NCBI GenBank assembly: GCA_963665235.2 | Contig: CAXXLX010000001.1 | Location: forward strand, 3,872,001-3,936,000 | Source: Candidatus Poribacteria bacterium | GTDB taxonomy: Bacteria; Poribacteria; WGA-4E; WGA-3G | DNA: 64,000 bases | Direction of reading: 5' to 3' | Shown here: piece by piece, positions 30,801 to 38,704 of the stretch | How positions within the stretch are numbered: the stretch's first letter is position 1 | Layout of the letters: the number at the start of each line of letters is the position of its first letter | The notes under the pieces: generated by a model | Database searches by the model: none | What the model was told of the DNA's origin: nothing | Seen by the model: the letters and a program-made list of their open reading frames with translations, nothing else | Made by a program: the position numbers and the translations under genes

Positions 30801-31278
30801 GCACATCCTGTTTTTGTTCCGATAACGCTGCTGCCTGTTTCAAAGCACGGATGGCATTTTCATGCTGGTACAGTATTGCGGACATCTGTCCGAGGGCAAA
30901 GTGCGGATAATAATCGTTCGGGGCAAGTTCAACGGCGCGTTGATACGCAGAAATAGCTGAGGCATCCTGACCGAGCCGTTTGTAGATATGCCCCAAGGTA
31001 AGTTGAACGTTCGGGGCATCCGGTTTCGCTGCCGCCTCCGCTTGATAATCCGCCACCATTGCGTCTAAACCTGCCCCTTCCAGATAGAATTGATACAGCC
31101 GTTCAAACGTATTCCCCTCGCGCGGTTTGCGATTCAGCATCTGTTTATAGCGGTCGATGATTTTTGCATCGCTCGTTTCGTCTTGCGCGACGACTATGGA
31201 GGTTATCCACAAGCTAAGGCTTATGAAAATAAGACACAGAAAGTCCGCTGCAAACCGTTTTTTTTCAAATATAAACAT
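21892..31278 (-). CDS. Giant (3128 aa) secreted TPR-repeat protein with LamG and C-terminal beta-sandwich domains
   Basis: Signal peptide; dozens of TPR motifs (A..AY.KA.EL.P); LamG domain near residue 2470; same C-terminal domain as 19349..21532. Confidence 0.9.
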   Translation of the reverse strand: MFIFEKKRFAADFLCLIFISLSLWITSIVVAQDETSDAKIIDRYKQMLNRKPREGNTFERLYQFYLEGAGLDAMVADYQAEAAAKPDAPNVQLTLGHIYKRLGQDASAISAYQRAVELAPNDYYPHFALGQMSAILYQHENAIRALKQAAALSEQKQDVPLEELTAIYKALGHAYFRRDRVDEAIQAWHKIAELDTQDIFARIELAALFREQELYEQAIAQHEAIIRHKADDPYRVCLSQREIGNIYEAKGDYQNAIQSYDTALALTAPGNWLRKDLQHRIIGIFAADNNWQGLIAYYQRKLETIPNEPELMGLLAAAYVENQQLEKGIDIYRKGLELAPTDATLRLNLIAALRNAEKFTDAAAEYEVLSEQTPDDFGIYRELGELYLQVEDEAKARATYQRMLARDPENESTHLLLAEIYTGNEWIADAIAAYQKVLSLSPDNLDYIAYFGEFYLRQGSREKAIETWNRMVEGDKEIAENYARLAKLLNAKNFHTEAIAASRKAVELMPDVYGYRETLAKQLMKNGDFDAALTEFTEAAKLAPNAFFAEEMDNQRIELYRRQGTLRSKIETVEAELEKSGLTPADIFTQQKRLAKMYLKLGNRTYALEIILKAKALQPDDVIINRWLAAVYTKQNQRDEANAIYTHLIQVDSANAREYYTNIARSHIDVMDFTKATATAKQVIAHSPRNPEGYQLLAEIGKQSENYESAVDNFKQALRLQPEAIDIRKELAATYKLAGKPRQAIAQYWRCWELSDTVNDKLVFVKPLSEAYYDLGRRAEFENKLKQLAKSNTGGVAPILALAELYRMEGDLQNARFQLARALDRERKNPDLLEQLVNISLDLGDNQDALTYQQRLVTVHPDPSHQRRIGELLFDAGREQEAIQAWTKLLHAKNQPFDAEIKLTVLLIQHGHLDEALSVIDRAADKISGADAHIAHYKVGTLLVGMREFERARTHFQRILSMPKPEASSRHITATQTKPPGIDPNKFELALDLIWEIQGESYLGQNVHGWLPKSFEEAQAGALVHLSTIAQQHGKLNEFIQQYETYLETNPKDIKTLEILTQIYTLTGNTQKIDRTIEQLIAASPNDFTYQEVRLNGAIQKNLPSETLEKYLNSLPGLTQDTRLWYTFQYIKKRYREGQKDAAEKLIGEFEDIKLMDLNTVDALIETLVLMKKTDVAVRIIDKLPIPTQPQQAKYRSLYDKVTDAYLNLEQYDEAIELFWTYCEKTQPQITNTRRTAFLPTSSFSSSRASLQTIFPTTTVYYEGSRFRYLQYFSRQLWLKNQPEVLYAKLRTTFDAAVGRNRIFSGLALSYCYWWNGEREKSQEVLVPLQKEFPHDLSIKLSTVFIAIQTGQHAGTLQLLEELAVADPRNRRQYYDLTLKLALQTGNTVAVRDLIGKLLNSPTSARELYTFSKQLQSAGYTQHATAIMNKAMHLAMGIRDADFLMDLSRLLEELGRGQGAARMAERALRFANQRDRYGQTLSIWKRQQATHLTNQSKSTQERETLLIAATEKNPNSHKAFMNLAAFYEGKDKIDKASEAFKTALSLRPTDSTTRKRYAEMLYRGGKYEEAVPQYLKLLKDNPNSLGYDTWDAIESFFKAEKVDELIALSKELIMPSVGYDFSNELARDVARELKDINNHNAVIEIYEKLIEAQPTSQTYYYHELADAYAAMGEYEKAIRMLRDLLETDEEAYSQETTLEMLTRFYKLYGELDQFIKEYEAKLAENPTDQNLRYFVAKMKIAANDLKGADEHTDQLLDADAFNIGQLRNLAEAYRLAGGREREFQILEKIVQKSEGAWDIYYRLGMSYALKGEKEKAQDAYRKMARLRFRSGRGDFIEYMNFASIYMHNQMWEDAEPLLTKVVNDLSVVSYHRREAEEQLVAIKKRRANVSSPVQLKDKIENMDIGTLRTLAKDFAQRGDTQEALLIYTHLEKVMPEDFESRAQLATLYTTQNQDDKAVATWEALLSEDAGNTKFQDGLVRTYQKAGKIEKALEIAQQYINRDADNASNYLRKAKLYADDNRIDEAIATYQKLIELAPGNVERYRELAALHLRKKDKDSAKKAFQEALRFTGQEYEREKIQREILELSDNQENPEETGQKAENEGALTFDMQKARADTFRNQRKLTEASTAYEKALDMTSDSYERERIYEQLLDIYTKLGNDEAAIKTHDELAFSVSISNSAELARNRLINAYDKENKLETLKSIFNARLENEPKDIINDMEMLAEIYKRANDHGKAAEMYKAISKLQPDNVLSYYNAAAAYNRDGQSELANEMLNRGESALSVSHRKGSSSLLEELGDVCYNGKLYDPAIKFADAAIAENVDMLIYRTGSPEKSAYQLLAKSLYAAKRYEEAVYAYQQVENMARYSWDREEARKRIESASRLGNLYEKWIPKLLKKVEENPNDPDARLALAQTYEKVNKIDETIAQYQKLSELQPDTAQWQQKLGELYQTGTVQQHPTGEILENTALQLDGNRSFVEVDNTDTLRNITQQVTVSLWMKPTAFPNRYTPIIFKGDELTSDFSHRSYILYLREDGKVQIASSPDGRGQRSYYSDTGTVQLNTWYHIAGVIDAKRDSIKLFINGIEVGSTTLSGEQSFYESQFPLRIGWTHEEERPTQSPFVGFMDEVRIWNIARTDAEIRANMNTELKGDEPGLVAYWKLDGETEGVVLDVSANKNHGRLIGDAKFAPYTRPIFETTRSVQLTKAAAAYEKAIEIDPTSYQLYRSLAEVYAKQDRSSDAEAVYLRALDAPLTQRNRDDAIQAIWAFYANTEKQDKGVALLEELREKIENSARLYELLGDAYEEAGDADKAEVANTQWFRLRRREINQRQDARTYHDFATQLLRRGVYPEVALEYAERAAQSSSNSSYVVTLAHAYLANDQHENALVQYERGLNTDMFGFVERDIFVRLAKIGRGTKDKHGYIDMLKKLIEAMSGKATALLNAQIVLAEFYQLNDMHEEAAAQIQKTGFVTENEWLHLGPFDNTDGIGYNTAYIPENLTQIDMTAKYAAGNGYVSWQKVNDDVLNGYIELGKNLDWRVAYAFTTITSPDERQVVFRFDSDDQGKLYLNGEKVFTHTQTYAAGIDKYAVPVTLKKGKNSVLVKVCEQTGGWGFYLRITDQNGNPFTDLKLVK

Positions 31279-31350
31279 CGAATACCCTCGATTTTAAGTT
31301 GGCTATTGGCTATTGCCAATAACCAAATAAACAGCGCGTCTTCCTGATTT

Positions 31351-32322
31351 TTACTCGATAGACACCTTCGTTTTTTCCTTTGCCGATTCGTAGGTTGCAA
31401 GCACGATGGCTACAGCGTGTTTGCCGCCCCTACCATCGATGAGCGGGGTTTTATTATCACGAATGCACTCTACAAAATGGGTTAGTTCTCCAACGACTCC
31501 GTGCGGTCCGGAGCGGTCCGGTACAAGTTCCTGCCATTCAGACTCCCCCCGTTTTTTGAGATAAGCCACATCCGCTGACATGTCGAGACGGAGCGACCCT
31601 TCCGTGCCATCAATAATGGTTTCGTTAGTGCCGCGTGCCCCGAGGAAACCACCCCATCGCAGAATACCGACCGCCCCTGAATCGTAGCGGATAAGGGAGA
31701 CGGTGTAGTCCTCCCAATCATCGTGTCCAGAAAAACTGCCGACCTCTGCAGCGACCGTGAGCGCGGTTCCACCGAACCAGTTAATCAGGTCAGATTTGTG
31801 TATACCGTTTTCTAATAACCCCCCGACTGTGCCGTACCAACTCCCCGGACGATTGCGTGGGGCATTATAGGGGCCGGTGTAGTCCGTTTCAATATAGACG
31901 ATATCCCCGATTGCTCCATCATCGACGAGCTGCCTTCCGAGCTCGTGGACAGGATAGAAACGCAGCACCTGCCCTACCATGAGATGCGTGCTCGCCTTAT
32001 CCGATGCTGCAATCATCGCGTCGGACTCTTCAAGCGTCAGCGAGAGCGGTTTTTCACAGAAGGCGTGAACCCCTGCCTCTGCCGCATCAACGATTACCTG
32101 CGTATGTGCCACTGGGGGGGTGGCAACAACGACACCATCAACTACGGAAAAAAGTTCTTGATAATCTTGAAACGCACGGATATTATGCCGTTCGGCGACA
32201 GCTTTTGCCGCGTCAAGCCGCAAATCCGCGACCCCTACAAATTCACAATTTTCTACGTTCGGGAGTGAGTTGCAATGCGCATTTCCCATACCCCCTACTC
32301 CGACAACACCTATTTTAATCAT
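31351..32322 (-). CDS. Gfo/Idh/MocA family oxidoreductase
   Basis: IGVVGVGGMG, CEKP, GQVLRF; ATG at 32322 after AAGGA. Confidence 0.88.
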   Translation of the reverse strand: MIKIGVVGVGGMGNAHCNSLPNVENCEFVGVADLRLDAAKAVAERHNIRAFQDYQELFSVVDGVVVATPPVAHTQVIVDAAEAGVHAFCEKPLSLTLEESDAMIAASDKASTHLMVGQVLRFYPVHELGRQLVDDGAIGDIVYIETDYTGPYNAPRNRPGSWYGTVGGLLENGIHKSDLINWFGGTALTVAAEVGSFSGHDDWEDYTVSLIRYDSGAVGILRWGGFLGARGTNETIIDGTEGSLRLDMSADVAYLKKRGESEWQELVPDRSGPHGVVGELTHFVECIRDNKTPLIDGRGGKHAVAIVLATYESAKEKTKVSIE

Positions 32323-32415
32323 GAGTCTATTCCTTTTTATTTGGTATGCAAAGAATTTATCGTCATAATACCCACCACCTAAAGGTGGAGGCTTGTGCTT
32401 CCTCGACAACAGCGT

Positions 32416-32991
32416 TTATCCCTGGGGGACAACCCGTCTTATGTCGTCTCCACTTAGGGCAGCTAAGCCTGCCCGTTTGATGTTGATTGCAGCGTTGACA
32501 TCTCTATCGTGGTCTGAACCACATTCAGGACATGTCCACTGCCGATCTGAAAGAGTTAGTTTTTTGTTATGGTATCCACAATCACTACAAGGTTTCGTCG
32601 TTGCTGTCCACTGACCAATGGACACAAGTTCTTTACCGTGCTTCGCACACTTCTGTTCGAGTATCAGCAGGAATTGATAGAACGCGTGGTCAGAAACTTT
32701 GCGTCCCCATAGGCGTTTCATACCGTCTATGTTCAGCGTCTCAAAACAGAGTATATCAAACTCGGTGCAAAGTTTAGTAGCAAGTTTCCATTGCCAATCG
32801 AGACGTTGATTTGTTATTTTTCGGTAAAGTCTTGCCAAAGCACGACAGGCACGATACCAATTACCGGAACCTTTGACTTTACGGCTAAGGGCTTTAGACA
32901 AAGAGCACAACTTGTTGAGGGATTGCTTGGAAAATTGTGGGGATTCTATCGTGTTGCCTTCGTCGCTTGTTAGAACCGCTTTGACCTTCAA
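32416..32991 (-). pseudogene. tnpB: 5'-truncated TnpB (RNA-guided nuclease family)
   Basis: LSRKVKGSGN, CFETLNI (RuvC-II), CSDC/CPEC zinc finger, DRDVNAAINI (RuvC-III); lacks the N-terminal half and the RuvC-I aspartate. Confidence 0.85.
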
Positions 32992-33079
32992 GGTACTCTT
33001 TGATAACCTTCAGTGGCACACCGCCACAAGAACTCACAAACTTCGAACGGGTCCACAAAGTGAGTTGTTCGGTAATCAC
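32975..33079 (-). pseudogene. tnpA: C-terminal fragment of IS200-type TnpA (Y1 transposase)
   Basis: LWTRSKFVSSCGGVPLKVIKEYLEGQ resembles the TnpA consensus LWSPSYFxxSCGGAPLxxIKxYIExQ. Confidence 0.75.
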
Positions 33080-33313
33080 GCTTGTTGTTAGAGAGTTTCA
33101 GTGGCATAATATATTACCTGTCTATTAGAGTGTATAGGAGATTATACCACATATTTGTAGTGAATGTCAAGTCTTTGTTTATATCACGCACTTCGCCGTC
33201 TACATCCCGCAAGCGAAACAGTAGCATGGGGATTTGACAGGGGAGTGTTAAAGTTGGAACGGTGTCAACAGTTTTAATTGTCCGAAACCGGCGGGGCAAT
33301 CAAACCTTACGTG

Positions 33314-33988
33314 TTACCGATTTCTTACCAAATAAATGACGATTGAGATGGATATCGCAATGCCAAACCCCCACAGTAGTAATTTCATGTTACCCGATAT
33401 GCTCTCGCCGAGGTAGGAGTAAACTACGGTCGCAGGGAGCTGCCCGATGCCTGTGGCAACCCAAAATCCGAGAAACCGCATTCGCGTTAACCCCGCTACA
33501 TAACTGACTGCATCGAAAGAGATGACCGGAATTAGGCGTGCGATAAGAATAGCATAACTGCCGTACTTTTCGAAGAACAGATTGGTCCTCTCAACGATAG
33601 ATGTCCTGATAATTCGGGTGATATGTTTAGCACCGAGCCAACGTGTAATGTAAAAACAGAGAGCTGCACCGAGCATAGCACTGCTCCACGACAGGAGCAT
33701 TCCCCACCAAAAACCGAAGAGGGCACCGTTGGCAATTGTAAGCAGAAATGCAGGCAACGGCGCGATGACGCTCTGAAAAATCATAAGCAGTGCTGAGACG
33801 ATAGGCGCAAGTGCACCGTAACCGGCGATGTACTCGCGCGCAGTTTCAATGCTCTGGAAGGCAGTGAATATGTCTCTGAAAAACTGCCACACTGTTTCCC
33901 AGAAGAAGGCGAGACATACAATAACAAGCACAATGCCTGCTAGAAGGAGCCCGAGGGTTTTAGGCATCTGACGCGCTATTTTTAGCAT
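33314..33988 (-). CDS. TVP38/TMEM64 (DedA superfamily) membrane protein
   Basis: QSVIAPLPA, GALFG, ARLIPVISFDAVSY. Confidence 0.88.
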   Translation of the reverse strand: MLKIARQMPKTLGLLLAGIVLVIVCLAFFWETVWQFFRDIFTAFQSIETAREYIAGYGALAPIVSALLMIFQSVIAPLPAFLLTIANGALFGFWWGMLLSWSSAMLGAALCFYITRWLGAKHITRIIRTSIVERTNLFFEKYGSYAILIARLIPVISFDAVSYVAGLTRMRFLGFWVATGIGQLPATVVYSYLGESISGNMKLLLWGFGIAISISIVIYLVRNR

Positions 33989-34913
33989 CTTTCGTCTGCT
34001 GTATCAGGGCCCGATTCAGGCGAGCACGGAAGGCTTGCAGTTTTTCGTCTGTCCACTGATAAAAACCTTCACCGGTTTTTACACCCAGTTTTCCCGATTC
34101 AACCATTTTTTGAAGGAGCGGATTGATATCGGAGGAACTGTTCAGGTCGCGATAGAGTTCTTCAAAGGCATCGCGTACCAAATCCCACCCAGCGAGCTCA
34201 AACACTTCGAAGGGGCCAGCGACGCTAAGCCGTCTGCCGAAGCTATTTCGCACGACGAGGTCCACCGTTTCTGCGCTGGCAATGCCCTGTTCCACAATCG
34301 CAAACGCCTCCCGAATAAGGGCAGCTTGCAGCCTTGGTCCCACGAAACCGAGTGCCTCCTTCTCAATAATTGCGGGGGTTTTACCGATATCTGTTAAGAG
34401 GTCAAATGTGACAGACACGGTTTCATCGGATGTCTCCGGGCTGCGAATGAGTTCCACTACCGGAATCAGGTAAGGCGGGTTGAAGTAGTGGGTATTGAGT
34501 ATTTTATCGGTGCGTTTCGCCTTTATCCCGAGCTGACTGGGCATGATAGCAGTTGTATTACTGGCTAAAATTGTGTGCGGTTGGCACAATGTATCTAATT
34601 CGGCAAAAATCTGCTGTTTCAGTGCCAAATTTTCGGTGACAGCTTCAATTACAAAATCTGCGTTTTCAACCGCCTCCGCCAATAGGACGGTGCTGTGAAT
34701 GCGCTGCAACGTTTCGGAGATCCGTCCCTTTTCGGTGACACCGTTTTCAGCGAGCATTCTCAGGTTGTCCTCAATTTGGGTGCGTGCATTTTGGAGTTTT
34801 TTTTCGCTTACGTCGTGGAGTTGCACGCTGTAGCCTGCGGCTGCGAATTCTTGAGCGATGCCGTGTCCCATGAGGCCTGCCCCAATAATAGCAATATTTC
34901 TGATTTTTTCCAT
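33960..34913 (-). CDS. 3-hydroxyacyl-CoA dehydrogenase family protein
   Basis: GAGLMGHGIA, IEAVTENL, ASNT, HYFNPP, GKLGVKTGEGFY. Confidence 0.9.
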   Translation of the reverse strand: MEKIRNIAIIGAGLMGHGIAQEFAAAGYSVQLHDVSEKKLQNARTQIEDNLRMLAENGVTEKGRISETLQRIHSTVLLAEAVENADFVIEAVTENLALKQQIFAELDTLCQPHTILASNTTAIMPSQLGIKAKRTDKILNTHYFNPPYLIPVVELIRSPETSDETVSVTFDLLTDIGKTPAIIEKEALGFVGPRLQAALIREAFAIVEQGIASAETVDLVVRNSFGRRLSVAGPFEVFELAGWDLVRDAFEELYRDLNSSSDINPLLQKMVESGKLGVKTGEGFYQWTDEKLQAFRARLNRALIQQTKDAKNSASDA

Positions 34914-34931
34914 TTTCACTCTTCTCGTTGG

Positions 34932-35618
34932 TTACTGTTTTGCGATAACGATGGTAAACTCCCCGCGTGGCGGTGTGCTTTGGAATTTTTTTAGTGCCTC
35001 ACTGACAACCCCGCGGAATATTTCCTCAAACTGTTTCGTTAGCTCACGTGCAATAACGATGTTCCGTTCTCCCATCACTTCAAGCACATCTTCAAGGAAA
35101 CGGCACAACCGATGCGGCGACTCAAACAGAATTAACGTCCTCTCCTCGGTCGCAAGAGCGGCCAATTGACGTTTCCGCTTCCCCGATTTTGGCGAGAGAA
35201 ACCCTTCAAAGGTAAAGTTGTGCAGAGGCAACCCGGAGACAGTTGCTGCCGCAAGCACGGCGGATGCCCCCGGAATTGGCACAATTGGAATATCTTCAGC
35301 GATGCACGCTTGCAAGAGCGGATAGCCCGGGTCGGAAATTGCGGGTGTTCCCGCATCTGAAACGAGGGCAATTGTTTCACCCGCCTTGAGCCGTTGAATC
35401 AGTTTAGCCCCCTTTTTTACCTGCTGCTCTCCTTCGAAATAGCTGGTAAGTGGGGTTTGAATGTCGTAATGCGTTAGCAATCGTCGGGTTTTCCGTGTAT
35501 CTTCGGCTGCGATGCGGTCAACAGTTTTGAGAATACGAATCGCCCGAAGGGTTATATCCTCTAAATTCCCAATAGGGGTGCTAACGAGGTAAAGGGTACC
35601 ACTTTCTGTATCGCGCAT
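34932..35618 (-). CDS. rsmI: 16S rRNA C1402 2'-O-methyltransferase RsmI
   Basis: STPIGNLEDITLRA, AEDTR, SDAGTPAISDPG, ESPHR, RELTKQFEE. Confidence 0.95.
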   Translation of the reverse strand: MRDTESGTLYLVSTPIGNLEDITLRAIRILKTVDRIAAEDTRKTRRLLTHYDIQTPLTSYFEGEQQVKKGAKLIQRLKAGETIALVSDAGTPAISDPGYPLLQACIAEDIPIVPIPGASAVLAAATVSGLPLHNFTFEGFLSPKSGKRKRQLAALATEERTLILFESPHRLCRFLEDVLEVMGERNIVIARELTKQFEEIFRGVVSEALKKFQSTPPRGEFTIVIAKQ

Positions 35619-35674
35619 TATTTCCTTCTAGTTGATTGCCCATAGTCGTCTCCACGCGTGCTTAAGTTCTCACT

Positions 35675-36610
35675 TTAAAAATGCAACTCAGCAGCGATAA
35701 AATCGGAGGCGAAACGTTTCTCAAAAATTCGGGCGTAGCTGATATGTACCGCAGCGGTTCGTCCTGTTTTCCATGTTATGCCGATTCCGCCCGTTAGTGA
35801 ACCGTTTGAACTGCCGAGCCGGAGCGAGACTATCGGGAACGGTGTCCATTCAGCCCCAAAGTATACCCCCGGTGTTTCTCCTACGGTAGAGAGGGCAACA
35901 TCAGCGGAGAATTGATATGTGCTGTAGCGGTACGCCGTGCCGAGGGTCACCCACTGAATGCCGTATCCGTATAGGTTTTGCGCGAGGCATCCGAATTTAA
36001 GTCCTTTGCGCGGTTTGAAAAGCAAACCGATATCGTACGCGGTCTGATAACCGAAAAACTGATAATAATCGGCAGGGTGTCGCCGTTTAAATTTGAGACT
36101 CGCGCCGACTGCTGTGTAAGCTCCGAATTGTGACGCGATGGCATAGTAGTTAAAATCCGGAACCCCGCTTTCAACACCGAGCGCGATTTTGTTTCCCCAG
36201 AAAAGACTGTAACCCCGCCAACTATATCCGATGCCTTTCGGGTCGAACCGGTAATCCTGCCGGTCGTGAAATTTGTTGACACCGAAAAGTTTCACACCCT
36301 GCCACTGGATTAATCCGGCAGGATTCCAAAAACCAGCCGTCGCATCGTCTGCCACAGCAGTGAACGCGTTACCCATCGCTAACGCACGTGCCCCGACGTA
36401 GAGCGGACGCGCCGACTCAAACGGAAATTCTGTTTGGGCAGATACACACACTAACAACGCGAGAAAACAGAAAAGGAGTGTAGCACAAAAACACCATACC
36501 TTATAGAAACGTAACCTCCCGAAGAGCCGGCGGAGCCGTCGCGAAAATTGCCTTGATTCCGTTGTCTTGCCTATAAGCATTTGGTAACTGTCAGCACTTC
36601 CGAAAGGCAT
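35675..36610 (-). CDS. PorV/PorQ-like outer-membrane beta-barrel protein
   Basis: GARALAMGNAFTAVADDATAGFWNPAGL motif; C-terminal Phe; true start may be downstream. Confidence 0.7.
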   Translation of the reverse strand: MPFGSADSYQMLIGKTTESRQFSRRLRRLFGRLRFYKVWCFCATLLFCFLALLVCVSAQTEFPFESARPLYVGARALAMGNAFTAVADDATAGFWNPAGLIQWQGVKLFGVNKFHDRQDYRFDPKGIGYSWRGYSLFWGNKIALGVESGVPDFNYYAIASQFGAYTAVGASLKFKRRHPADYYQFFGYQTAYDIGLLFKPRKGLKFGCLAQNLYGYGIQWVTLGTAYRYSTYQFSADVALSTVGETPGVYFGAEWTPFPIVSLRLGSSNGSLTGGIGITWKTGRTAAVHISYARIFEKRFASDFIAAELHF

Positions 36611-36619
36611 GTGTAACGC

Positions 36620-38041
36620 CTATTCCGCTACTTTTACCTTTTCCCAATCCAATGCCGCTGAATTCCATTCGAACTGCTGCAACGGGCCGAATTTGAGGTT
36701 AACGGTTAAACTCTTCGGTGTTGGCGAGCTATCAAATAGATTGAAATCTCGGATGACAACATAGGTATGTTGTCCATCGGTAATCGTTTTGCATGCCTCG
36801 ATAAAATCGTCGAGGTTCCGAATCTGCTGCCCGTTTATATTCAGGATAACGACCTTAGAGTTTCCGTTTCGTTCTTGGACACCGACCCGCGAAAAACTAC
36901 TGCCCGCCGCAGCGTGCGGTAGATATACACCATCAGCTTCCAGATAGAGGAGCCGCCGTAACTGCGGCGTAATATCGTGAAATACTGCCCCCCCGAACCT
37001 AACGAATCGACGGACCTTTTTCTCCTCTAAATTTTCCACAGGCACATCAAGGCTGAGGTTTTCACCGTTCCGATAGATATCTAAGGTAACCTTTTTCCCG
37101 ACATTTTGGTTCAGGATAGCGTCAAAGGTGTAGAGATTGTCTCGGATAAGTTCATTGTTGATGCGGTAGATAATATCGGAGGCGCGGAGCACGGTTTCAC
37201 CTGTTGTTCGTGGCACGATGGATTCAATCTGGATAACCTTCGGGGTCCCAGTTTCAGAGGGTCCAATCTCTTTGCGTAACGCATCAGGAAAATTAAAGTG
37301 TTTAATCGCTTCACCGATGGAGATAAGTTCCAGGTCAACACCGATTTCACCCCGCACAATTGGCATTTTGTTCCGAATTAATTCCAGTGCGTCGAAGAGG
37401 TAATCGATAGGCAGTTCAAAGCTGGAGGTGTCGGTTCCGCGGGCGTGGATAGCGATGACTTCGCCTTTCGTGTTCCACACGGGACTTCCACTTGACCCAC
37501 CAGTTCGATCGAAAGTTGTGTGGATGTAGCTGGAGTGTCTATCGCCTTTGTTGACGTTAAGGTTTGTAATCGCGCCGAATTTGATGGAATACTCCTCTTT
37601 TTCATTGTTTCCGATAAGCAGCAGTTCATCACCGAGGGATAGGTCCGCCCAAGCCCCGAGTTCAACCGCTTTCAGTTCAAAATTGACTTCGGCTGGGTTA
37701 ATCTGATAAAACCCGAAGTCGTGTGTCGGGTCGTAGTAGAGAATACGTGCTTCTGTAAAGCTACCATCGTAAAAATTGATCTTTATATAGGCAGGGCTGC
37801 TCCCGGTGACGTGCCGGTTGGTGGCAATAATGCCGCGTTCCGCGTCAACAATGAAGCCTGTTGCAAAACTTGTGCCTTTCGTCTCCGTTTCAAAGACAAC
37901 CTCGGAGGAGGTTTCGACATTGACCACCATCGGTTTGTAGGCAGCAATCTGTTCTGTCCAGTTGTGTGCTGCCAAGGCATTTGCCGTAATAAATGCAAAA
38001 CCCCATAAGCAGATGAGGATTTTCTGAAAAACATGTTTCAT
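36620..38041 (-). CDS. Secreted trypsin-like (HtrA/Nma111-like) serine protease with PDZ domains
   Basis: Signal peptide; ATGFIVDAERGIIATNRHV (His), YDPTHDFGF (Asp), GGSSGSPV (Ser); PDZ-like C-terminal half. Confidence 0.85.
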   Translation of the reverse strand: MKHVFQKILICLWGFAFITANALAAHNWTEQIAAYKPMVVNVETSSEVVFETETKGTSFATGFIVDAERGIIATNRHVTGSSPAYIKINFYDGSFTEARILYYDPTHDFGFYQINPAEVNFELKAVELGAWADLSLGDELLLIGNNEKEEYSIKFGAITNLNVNKGDRHSSYIHTTFDRTGGSSGSPVWNTKGEVIAIHARGTDTSSFELPIDYLFDALELIRNKMPIVRGEIGVDLELISIGEAIKHFNFPDALRKEIGPSETGTPKVIQIESIVPRTTGETVLRASDIIYRINNELIRDNLYTFDAILNQNVGKKVTLDIYRNGENLSLDVPVENLEEKKVRRFVRFGGAVFHDITPQLRRLLYLEADGVYLPHAAAGSSFSRVGVQERNGNSKVVILNINGQQIRNLDDFIEACKTITDGQHTYVVIRDFNLFDSSPTPKSLTVNLKFGPLQQFEWNSAALDWEKVKVAE

Positions 38042-38354
38042 AAGTGCCGTTCCTTTCTGTAGTTCGTTTCGGAATTTTTAAACATTTTAGCACAGGGATG
38101 CCCTCTTTGTCAAATGGCTAATTGGCAATTAGCGATTGGCGATTAGCAATTAGCAAGATGTTGGGATTATAGATAATCCTCTGACGCGCGTCAGAGGTCT
38201 CTTCCTCTTGCTAACGGTTTCCAAGGATTTCTATTAGCCAGCGAGGTTTCCATAGGTTTCCGACAGCCAACAGGCTATAAACATAGTGCCCATACTGGGC
38301 TAATACCGAACAACTTGTACAAAAACTTTACACACCCCTATTGTGTAAAGTTTT

Positions 38355-38383
38355 TTGACAAAAGATGCAATTGTGTGTATAAT
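38355..38383 (+). promoter_or_regulatory. Consensus sigma70 promoter
   Basis: TTGACA (38355-38360), 17 bp, TATAAT (38378-38383). Confidence 0.7.
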
Positions 38384-38394
38384 TAGATAAAGTG

Positions 38395-38589
38395 AAAGTT
38401 TGGAAAATGTCTGACAGATTCTGCGCGCCTCCTGGCACCCGGTCGCATCAGAGGTAGCAACTTTGCGGACTTCGATCCGATGCTATGCTTTCAAACGTGG
38501 ACACTATTTGTTAAAGCCGCCCGGACGCGGTAAATAGAGGAATAAACCCCTGTCCTTCTCAGCAAACGCAGACACATTATCCAAACTTT
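38395..38589 (+). ncRNA. Candidate structured 5' leader RNA
   Basis: Closing stem AAAGTTTGGA.AATGT / ACATT.TCCAAACTTT enclosing smaller hairpins; begins just after the promoter; no ORF. Confidence 0.4.
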
Positions 38590-38704
38590 AGTTGTCTATA
38601 AAACTTTGTAGTATATGAGCACAGGCGCTTTCGCGCCAGTGTCATATATTATATTCAACGATGTCCTTGGTAGCGTATATTTACTTCTATGAAGGAGAAT
38701 TAAA

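Larger units (their letters stand above)
32362..33250 (-). mobile_element. Internally deleted IS200/IS605-family element
   Basis: tnpA and tnpB fragments; right-end hairpin AAGCCTCCACCTTTAGGTGGTGGGTATTATGAC (minus strand); left boundary uncertain. Confidence 0.7.

Noticed and set aside
32416-32991. TnpB as an active Cas12-like effector for the CRISPR array
   Set aside because: Truncated, lacks RuvC-I, lies 30 kb away and sits in an IS context
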